In this document: piece after piece, positions 57,179 to 64,000 of the stretch
Layout: each line of letters begins with the position of its first letter
How positions within the stretch are numbered: position 1 is the stretch's first letter
DNA from: Acidimicrobiales bacterium
GTDB taxonomy: Bacteria; Actinomycetota; Acidimicrobiia; Acidimicrobiales; SZUA-35
Direction: 5' to 3'
DNA: 64,000 nucleotides
Assembly (NCBI GenBank): GCA_965224435.1
Contig: OZ245048.1
Coordinates: 2,850,182-2,914,181, forward strand
Program-made: the position numbers and the translations under genes
The notes under the pieces: model-generated
What the model was told of the DNA's origin: nothing
Databases searched by the model: none
Seen by the model: the letters and a program-made list of their open reading frames with translations, nothing else

Positions 57179-57262
57179 ATGTCTAAGCGCCGCAAGAAGA
57201 AACGCCTGGCCGCCCGCCGCAAGAAGGCGAACCACGGTCGGAAGCCAAACGCAGGACGCTAG
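57179..57262 (+). CDS. Small basic peptide resembling ribosomal protein bL37 (27 aa)
   Basis: Below the ORF-track cutoff. MSKRRKKKRLAARRKKANHGRKPNAGR shares the KANHG(K/R)(R/K)PNA C-terminus recalled for mycobacterial bL37. Confidence 0.5.
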   Translation: MSKRRKKKRLAARRKKANHGRKPNAGR

Positions 57263-57344
57263 TCAAGCCTCGAACGACCGGATGTGCCGTGCTGTCCAAA
57301 TGCTGGCCACCGGAGTCATCGATTGCGCGTCAGGATTGGGCTAG

Positions 57345-58979
57345 TCAAGCGTTGAAATAGACGGTGAGGTCCCGTTGATAGTCGGCGAGGCGCTGATTTG
57401 CGCGCTCTTGAGCATCTGCGAGGGCGTCACTATCGTCGCCCACTGGCTCGACAATCTCGATGTATGCCTTCAGCTTCGGTTCGGTCCCGCTAGGTCGAAT
57501 GATGACCCTGCTTCCATCGGCATAGTTCAACACCACCCCGTCAGCAGCGGGCAAGGTTTCGCCAAGTGACAGATCAAGGAACGCCTCAAGTTTGGACCCA
57601 CCAAGCGATGTTGGTGGGTCGGTTTGGGCCAGCCCCATTAGCTCTTGGCGCTTCGTTACACCATCGACACCAGGCAACCGAACGGTGACAGGGCCGGTCA
57701 CATAAACACCATGTTCTCGAGACAGCTGATCCAGCCGATCCCACACGGTGCTACCAGACCTCTTCAAACCCGCCAGTAGCTCGGCGGCAACCAGGGCGGC
57801 AGAAATCCCGTCCTTGTCACGAACAGCACCTCCGACGCAGTAGCCAAGCGCTTCTTCATAACCAAGCACAAACCGTAATTCAGGCCTCTCGACGATTGGA
57901 CGAGCCACCCACTTGAATCCCGTCAAGGTTGTTGCACTCTCGATACCAGCCGCAGCAGCAATCTGGCTAACCAGACGACTGGACACCAACGAATTCGAAA
58001 CGATTCGGTCAGAGCCTGACCCCTGTGCGATCAAGTAGTCCGCCAGCAGTATTCCGACCTGGTCGCCAGACAAAGCAATATGGCTTGGACCACCGTCGTC
58101 TGGCTCGCGCCTCTTTACAGCCAGAGCAAGCCGATCAGCATCAGGGTCGTTGGCAACAACAGCATCAGCATCGTGCTGCTGGGCAAGGGCCAGAGCAAGG
58201 TCCAGGGCGCCTGCCTCTTCTGGGTTGGGAAAGGCAACGGTGGGAAAGTCAGGATCAGGGTCGAACTGTTCTGGAACCAGGATCAGCTCGGGGAAGCCAG
58301 CCTGGCCCATTGCCTGCACCATGTGTTCGCCTCCGACCCCATGCATGGCTGTGTAGACCAGGGTGACAGACCGGTCATTGGAAACACAAGCGGCCACGGA
58401 GGCGTCCAGGTGAGCCTGGGCGACCTCGGGGCCGAGGACAGTAATTCGCTCATCATCCGCGGAGGCGAGAACCAGAGGCTCCTCCAAGCATTTTTCGATA
58501 CTGGCCGCCACCTCTGCGTCAGCCGGACTCACAAGCTGGATGCCATCAGCGAGGTACAGTTTGTAACCATTGTCAGCCGGGGGGTTATGGCTGGCCGTGA
58601 TCATGATGCCAGCATCCGCTGACTGACTCAGTACTGCAAATGCCAGCACAGGGGTCGGTAGCGGGCGCGGCAGGAGTTCTGCTTGACCGCCCGCTCCAGC
58701 CACGACTCTGGCAACGTCGCTGGCAAAGTCCGCAGAGTGATGGCGAGCGTCATAGCCAATGACAACCTTGGCTCCGGGCTTGAGCCATCGCATAAGGCCA
58801 GCGGTCGTTTGGCGAACCACAAGCCGATTCATCTGTCTTGGACCAGGGCCCATCTGCGCCCGCAAGCCGGCGGTGCCAAAAGCGATCCGGCCATCGAACA
58901 TGTCAAGAAGCTCGTCGGAGTCAGACTCCAACAAGTCAGAGACCTCGTTGCGCGTCTGCGGATCAGGATCCGCAGCCAT
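57345..58979 (-). CDS. Phosphoglucomutase/phosphomannomutase-family phospho-sugar mutase
   Basis: Start set at MAADPDPQTRNEVSDL. Active-site serine loop ITASHNPPADNGYK. The ORF-track N-terminal extension to 59606 is treated as non-coding. Confidence 0.85.
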   Translation of the reverse strand: MAADPDPQTRNEVSDLLESDSDELLDMFDGRIAFGTAGLRAQMGPGPRQMNRLVVRQTTAGLMRWLKPGAKVVIGYDARHHSADFASDVARVVAGAGGQAELLPRPLPTPVLAFAVLSQSADAGIMITASHNPPADNGYKLYLADGIQLVSPADAEVAASIEKCLEEPLVLASADDERITVLGPEVAQAHLDASVAACVSNDRSVTLVYTAMHGVGGEHMVQAMGQAGFPELILVPEQFDPDPDFPTVAFPNPEEAGALDLALALAQQHDADAVVANDPDADRLALAVKRREPDDGGPSHIALSGDQVGILLADYLIAQGSGSDRIVSNSLVSSRLVSQIAAAAGIESATTLTGFKWVARPIVERPELRFVLGYEEALGYCVGGAVRDKDGISAALVAAELLAGLKRSGSTVWDRLDQLSREHGVYVTGPVTVRLPGVDGVTKRQELMGLAQTDPPTSLGGSKLEAFLDLSLGETLPAADGVVLNYADGSRVIIRPSGTEPKLKAYIEIVEPVGDDSDALADAQERANQRLADYQRDLTVYFNA

Positions 58980-59072
58980 CCAATCCTGGGCCGCCAAACG
59001 AATTGCTTCAGGGATTGAGGTCACGACCAGAGTATGGCCCAGCTTTTGAGAGCTTGCTCCTAGGGTCGCGGG

Positions 59073-60068
59073 ATGAATCCGGTCGCCTCCCTCCCCAATC
59101 TCGTTCGGCAGTCCTGCACGAGAGTCTGTGAGTCTGCTGCCCTGGTTGCCCTCAATCCCGATCGGCTCGCTTCGATCGGATCGGAGCTTCTGACGCTGGC
59201 CAAGCGAGACGGCTCGGAAACGACGACCGATGTCTTTGGCAACCCTTCCAGAAAGGACACTTCCAACCCAGAAGTATCCATGATGAGGGAACGGTCCAGC
59301 CTCCTCATATTCGCTCTTGACGCCATCAATTTCGGGTCGGGCTATCACGACATCGTCGACAAGCGTCCCGAGCTTTCCGGCGCACGATCGATGGAAGCCA
59401 ATCTTCGAGAGTTTGACGAAAGGGAAGGGCCCCTCACTCCGGACGTTCTGCGAACACTGTCGGATACACGATGCGCGACCATCTTTCGACAGGAAATGGA
59501 AGGATCTCGCCACGCCGAAGGCAAGGCAGAGCTTATGGCGCTGTTCTCTTCGGCATTTAGTTCTCTTGCCGCCTGGCTCGACACCTACGACGGAAAGGCA
59601 CTGCACGCCATCGAAGCTGCCAACGGCTCAGCCGTCACATTGGCCACAATGCTATTGGAGATGCCCTTCTACCGTGACAAGGCAGACCATTTTGGTGCGC
59701 CCGTGCATTTCTACAAGCGTGCTCAGATCACCCCGGCAGACCTCCAGCGGGAGTTGGGTGAGCCTCTCTTCAACGACCTGGACAAGCTGACCGCTTTCGC
59801 TGACAATCTGGTGCCTCATGTTTTACGCATCGACGGAGCCATCATTCTTGACCGCAGGCTTGAGAAGCAAATCAACAGCGGCAAGCTCCTGCCCGCAGGC
59901 TCACCGGCAGAGATCGAGATACGAGCCGCTGGAATCGAGGCAGTCAGACTGCTGGCGCAGCTAACGGGGAGAACCGAAACGGACCTGGATCTATTGCTCT
60001 GGACCCAAGGCAGCCAGCCCAAGTACAAGCAAGTCCCACGCCATCGTTGCCGCACAGTCTTCTACTGA
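59073..60068 (+). CDS. Conserved hypothetical protein (weak resemblance to the DUF2419/Qng1 queuosine-salvage family)
   Basis: 331-aa ORF. FALDAINFGSGYH-type motif. Family assignment is from memory only. Confidence 0.3.
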   Translation: MNPVASLPNLVRQSCTRVCESAALVALNPDRLASIGSELLTLAKRDGSETTTDVFGNPSRKDTSNPEVSMMRERSSLLIFALDAINFGSGYHDIVDKRPELSGARSMEANLREFDEREGPLTPDVLRTLSDTRCATIFRQEMEGSRHAEGKAELMALFSSAFSSLAAWLDTYDGKALHAIEAANGSAVTLATMLLEMPFYRDKADHFGAPVHFYKRAQITPADLQRELGEPLFNDLDKLTAFADNLVPHVLRIDGAIILDRRLEKQINSGKLLPAGSPAEIEIRAAGIEAVRLLAQLTGRTETDLDLLLWTQGSQPKYKQVPRHRCRTVFY

Positions 60069-60270
60069 TGACCAAACCCGTCAAAGAGACTCGATTCGAT
60101 GAGGTTTCTCCTGCTCTTGTTGCTAGGTAAGGCTCCCCAACCCTGTGCACAATCACCTAGCAGGACCGCTTCACTGACTTTGAGCGAAACGTTACACTTT
60201 GCACCATGGGGGCAAACCAACCTGATGGAATGACAACCGGAGCGATAGCGGGACCGATGGACGTTCAACC

Positions 60271-61293
60271 ATGAGCCTCACTGAGCGTCATGTGCGACGC
60301 CCACGTTTGCCGACCGGTCAGCCGACTCTCGTCATGCTCGGCTCTGACGATCCAACCTTACTAGCTCCGCTGGATCGACTACTTCACGCAGAAGCCAGTC
60401 GCCTTGATTTACGATCAAATGCCTTGTGGACCGAGGTCCGTGATGGATCAGCGTTCTTGCAAACTGTCATCGAGGCCATGGACGGCGACCTTGCTCAGGT
60501 TCGCTTCGCATTCGCCGCTCCTCACGCCACCGTGCAAGAATTGCTTCGCCATGCCCTGCTCGCTTCGAGTCTGGACCTGCTTGCCAGCCAGCTGGAATTG
60601 AGCCCGGCCGAGGCTCCCCAGTACCAGGTTCGATACCAGCCAATCGTCTCCCTGAGTGATCGCTCAGTTATTGGATTTGAAAGCCTCATCAGGGCCAATA
60701 GCCACGGCGACGCTGTCTCTGCTGATGAGTTGATCAATCGAGCACTCGCTGGTGGCTGGATTGCTGAACTCGACGATCTCGGGCGTTCACTGGCAATCGA
60801 AGGGATAGGCCCATGGCTTGGTGAGGGTCTCCTGTTTCTGAACGTGATGGCTCCGGACGGGGCATTCGATGAAGCGGCTGTGCATCGAACGATAGCGAAG
60901 GCCCAGGACGCCGGACTATCGGCGGATCAGCTGGTACTGGAAGCCGTTGAGCGAAACCGCTACTCGTCGATGACCGAAGCCAGCGGGCAGGTTGAAGGCT
61001 TCCGTCAGCAGGGTGTGCGAATCGCCGTAGATGACGTCGGCGATGGCTATTCGAGTCTTCGTAAAGTGGTTTCGTTCAAACCAGACATTGTGAAGATCGC
61101 CGGCAGCCTGGCGAGAGATCTGGGCAAGCCTGAGGGGCAGGCCGTTGTGCGCGCCATCGTTGACCTGGCTCATGAGACTGGAGCTTGGGTGGTGGCCGAG
61201 AACATAGAAACGGCTACCCAGGCTCAACAGGCCCGTGACCTCGGCGTCGATTGGGGCCAAGGCCACTTCTTCGGTGCCCCCGGTTTGCCTTAA
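60271..61293 (+). CDS. Stand-alone EAL-domain protein with an N-terminal receiver-like region
   Basis: 340 aa: YQPIVSLSDRSVIGFESLIR (EAL motif variant ESLIR), DDVGDGYSSL, KIAGSL. A c-di-GMP phosphodiesterase-like fold. Confidence 0.75.
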   Translation: MSLTERHVRRPRLPTGQPTLVMLGSDDPTLLAPLDRLLHAEASRLDLRSNALWTEVRDGSAFLQTVIEAMDGDLAQVRFAFAAPHATVQELLRHALLASSLDLLASQLELSPAEAPQYQVRYQPIVSLSDRSVIGFESLIRANSHGDAVSADELINRALAGGWIAELDDLGRSLAIEGIGPWLGEGLLFLNVMAPDGAFDEAAVHRTIAKAQDAGLSADQLVLEAVERNRYSSMTEASGQVEGFRQQGVRIAVDDVGDGYSSLRKVVSFKPDIVKIAGSLARDLGKPEGQAVVRAIVDLAHETGAWVVAENIETATQAQQARDLGVDWGQGHFFGAPGLP

Positions 61294-61372
61294 TCCACCA
61301 GGCTGAGCCCTCGCCAGCATGTCTGCCATGCCTGGCGATATTGGACTTGTCGAGCACTCACAACTGAAAGTG

Positions 61373-61406
61373 GCTGGCGGAGAAGGGGCGACTCTTCCCC
61401 GCCAGC
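61373..61406 (+). terminator. GC-rich hairpin (8-bp stem gctggcgg/ccgccagc, 18-nt loop) downstream of the EAL gene
   Basis: Seen in the sequence. The downstream T-tract is weak. Confidence 0.3.
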
Positions 61407-61608
61407 GCATCTAGTTTCTAGCGGGCAATTTTGCAGTCTCCACACCAACAGCTCAAGCTGAACGAGAAAAAATGTTCAAGCTGTGAACAAATCATGAACA
61501 ATGGCTACATTCAGCGGTGTTTGACTCAATCAGAAATTGTTGATATCCGTCTCAAAATTGTTGAACCCGGTCGACTTTTGACGATTTGAACTTGCGAAGC
61601 AGCCAGAA

Positions 61609-62604
61609 CTAGGCCAATTCGGCCAATTCTTTCAATGATTGGATTGGCCGAGCACCAACGTGAGCAATCACTTCGGCCGCGGCAAGTGATCCGAGGTAGC
61701 CACAGCGGGCAAGATCGAAGCCTTTCGCCACCCCATACAGGACCCCGGCGGCGTATTGGTCGCCAGCCCCGGTGGTGTCAACAACCGCAGCTATCTCTTC
61801 GGCTTCGACAGCCAAGACCCCGTCAGGGGTCACCAGCAATGAGCCTTCCTTGCCCAAGGTGATGCAGCCAAGTTCGACTTCGGACCGAACCATGTCAACC
61901 GCAGCCTCAAGGTCATCGGTTTCGTACAGCGAGGCCAACTCTGCTCGATTGGCAAAGAGGATGTCGACGGGTCCGCGAACAAGCTCACGGAACTCCTGAT
62001 GGTGGCGATCAACACAAAACGTGTCCGAGAGAGCCAAGGCCGATTTGCGACCAGCAGCCCGAGCGATATCCATTGCCTTACGAATGGCCTGCTTTGCCGA
62101 CTCAATATCCCAAAGATACCCCTCACAAAACACAACTCGGCCAGAGGCGACGATCTCGGGGGATACGTCGTCGGGGGCTAGTTGAGAGGACACTCCCAGG
62201 TAAGTGTTCATTGTTCGATTGGCGTCGGGCGTCACCAGTATCAGGCACCGGGCTGTTGCTGGACCATCCTCGCTGCCTGCCACTTCATAGCTCACTCCAC
62301 TCGCCCGCATGTCGTGAGCAAATACTCGACCGAGCTGGTCGTCCGCAACCTTGCCGACAAAAGCAGAGCTGCCACCAAAACTGGCAATACCCGCCATGGT
62401 GTTGGCCGCGGAGCCACCAGACGATTCGATACCTGGACCCATATTGGCGTACAGGTCATGCGCCCGCTTCTCATCAATGAGCGTCATCGAATTCTTGGTC
62501 ATCTTCTGCTCAACCAGGAACTCATCCGTTGCCTGTGTGATCACATCAACGATGGCATTTCCTACACCAACTACGTCGACTTCCTGAGGCTTGTTTCCAC
62601 CCAT
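61609..62604 (-). CDS. PfkB-family carbohydrate/nucleoside kinase (adenosine-kinase-like)
   Basis: 331 aa: VGVGNAIVDV ... GGSAANT ... DTTGAGDQYAAGVLYG, the PfkB signature. Confidence 0.8.
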   Translation of the reverse strand: MGGNKPQEVDVVGVGNAIVDVITQATDEFLVEQKMTKNSMTLIDEKRAHDLYANMGPGIESSGGSAANTMAGIASFGGSSAFVGKVADDQLGRVFAHDMRASGVSYEVAGSEDGPATARCLILVTPDANRTMNTYLGVSSQLAPDDVSPEIVASGRVVFCEGYLWDIESAKQAIRKAMDIARAAGRKSALALSDTFCVDRHHQEFRELVRGPVDILFANRAELASLYETDDLEAAVDMVRSEVELGCITLGKEGSLLVTPDGVLAVEAEEIAAVVDTTGAGDQYAAGVLYGVAKGFDLARCGYLGSLAAAEVIAHVGARPIQSLKELAELA

Positions 62605-62705
62605 GTCGCTCTTCCGATCTGGCTTGGTGTTTGATTCGCGATGGGACTCAGTAACTGACAGTGCATCAGCTGACAGTAAGCCCCACCAGCACGTGAACCT
62701 AGCGT

Positions 62706-64000
62706 GTCGATACCCTCATCGGTGTGTCTGCAGATCATTCAACCTCCCAAGAGCCCACCATCAGCAACGAGTCCGACTCGACTGGCCCGAACCGGTACCG
62801 CTTGCCGGACTCCGCGGTGCCAACTAACTACCAGTTGCGAATTGTTCCTGACCTTGAACAAAAGAAGTTCAGCGGCTCGGTCATCATCACCGTCACGGTC
62901 CTCCGCCCGAGTGAGTCTCTCATTCTCAACAGTGATGCGCTAGATATTGGTGCGGCCAAGGTCGATGGCAAGAACGTGACGTTCACGCTGGATCCTGAGC
63001 TAGAGCGCCTCACCCTGCACCATCAGACCATTCCGGGAGAGGTCGTTGTTGAGCTGGAATTCAGTGGCGAGTTCGACCCCCAGCTCGTTGGCTTCTACCT
63101 GAGTGCATTCACCGATTCTGAGGGAACAGACCGGGTACTTGCTTCGACTCAATTCGAGTCCACCTATGCCAGGAAGGCCTTCCCTTGCTGGGATGAACCT
63201 GCACTCAAGGCGACCTTTGATCTGACACTGGTCGCTCCCCCCGGGATGACGGCCATCGCCAACACCGGTGAGATCGCACGCGAACAAGTCGAGGGTGGAA
63301 CAACAATCACCTTCGCCACCACAATGGTGATGAGTACCTACCTTGTTGCCTATGTTGTCGGACCGATCGAGATCACTGAGCCCGCTGACATCGACGGCAC
63401 CCCGTTGCGAGTCGTGCACGTGATCGGAGCTGGATCCACCACCGTTGCCAGACGAAAGGAACTGTTGACCGGCGACGAAGCTGGCAGCGCAGCAAATGCC
63501 AGCACCGTCACCCCACCAGCAGCTTCCCAACAACAAACGGCCGACGCGACCTCCGCCGAAACAACTACTATCGATCTCACCGCTTTTGCTGCGGAATGCG
63601 GTGCCTTCGGCTTGCGCTATTTCAGCGCCTACTTCGGCATTCCTTATCCCGGAGACAAGGTCGATCTTGTTGCCATACCCGACTTCGCCATGGGAGCAAT
63701 GGAAAACCTCGGCTGTATCACCTTCCGAGAATCACTGCTTCTTGTTGACCCCGAGGCCAGTACACAGTCCGAGCTGCAGCGTGTCGCCGATGTCATCTTC
63801 CATGAACTGGCCCACATGTGGTTCGGTGACCTGGTCACCATGAAGTGGTGGAACGGACTCTGGCTGAACGAGGCGTTTGCCACCTTCATGGAGATGCGCT
63901 GCACCGATGCGTTCCGGCCCGAGTGGCAACGGTGGGTCGACTTCGGCTTATCCCGGACTGCAGCCTTTGACGTTGATGCGTTGGCATCGACTCGGCCAAT
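62706..64000 (+). CDS. pepN: Aminopeptidase N (M1 family), 5' portion; non-ATG start; continues beyond the window
   Basis: Missing from the ORF track because the frame has no ATG start (probable GTG at about 62706 or 62730). Translation NRYRLPDSAVPTNYQLRIVPDL ... GAMEN ... HELAHMWFGDLVTMKWWNGLWLNEAFATF, the GAMEN and HEXXH-E zinc motifs. Confidence 0.85.

Noticed and set aside
58980-59606. N-terminal 200-aa extension of the phosphoglucomutase ORF
   Set aside because: The conserved PGM N-terminus begins at MAADPDP (58979). The upstream extension is Cys/Arg-rich nonsense and overlaps the divergent 59073 gene promoter region.
61493-61588. 31-aa ORF (MNNGYIQRCLTQSEIVDIRLKIVEPGRLLTI) in the AT-rich convergent gap
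   Set aside because: No recognisable RBS or homology. Start and stop are easily produced by chance in AT-rich DNA. Kept only as part of the intergenic-region finding.

Overview
High-GC (about 60-65%) actinobacterial-type chromosomal segment, annotated by reading the six-frame ORF track and the raw sequence. Most genes are on the minus strand. A housekeeping backbone resembles the mycobacterial Rv1003-Rv1026 neighbourhood: rsmI, ychF, rmuC, metG, tatD, an Rpf-like transglycosylase, ksgA, ispE, tRNA-Gln, prs, rplY, pth, mfd, a YabN-like mazG fusion, eno and an ftsB-like gene. Accessory content is interspersed: three c-di-GMP turnover genes; a coxS/coxM/split-xdhC/mocA maturation cluster with no large catalytic subunit and a GGDEF-EAL sensor inserted; a giant secreted FN3/DUF4214 repeat protein broken by a 74-bp duplication; a proline-rich protein; korAB; an aminotransferase/omega-amidase pair; vapBC; and a MopB molybdo-oxidoreductase coupled to an HxlR regulator. 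The most striking locus is a tightly coupled minus-strand operon NfeD - flotillin (SPFH) - 1705-aa MoxR-like AAA+ giant ATPase (- HAD hydrolase) at 25231-33761, a candidate uncharacterised membrane-microdomain ATPase system. Other points: two unlisted ribosomal micro-proteins (bS22 and a bL37-like peptide), a 1-nt frameshift in essential pth, and four short tandem repeats at gene 3' ends that carry the stop codon. No CRISPR array, transposase or integrase was seen.
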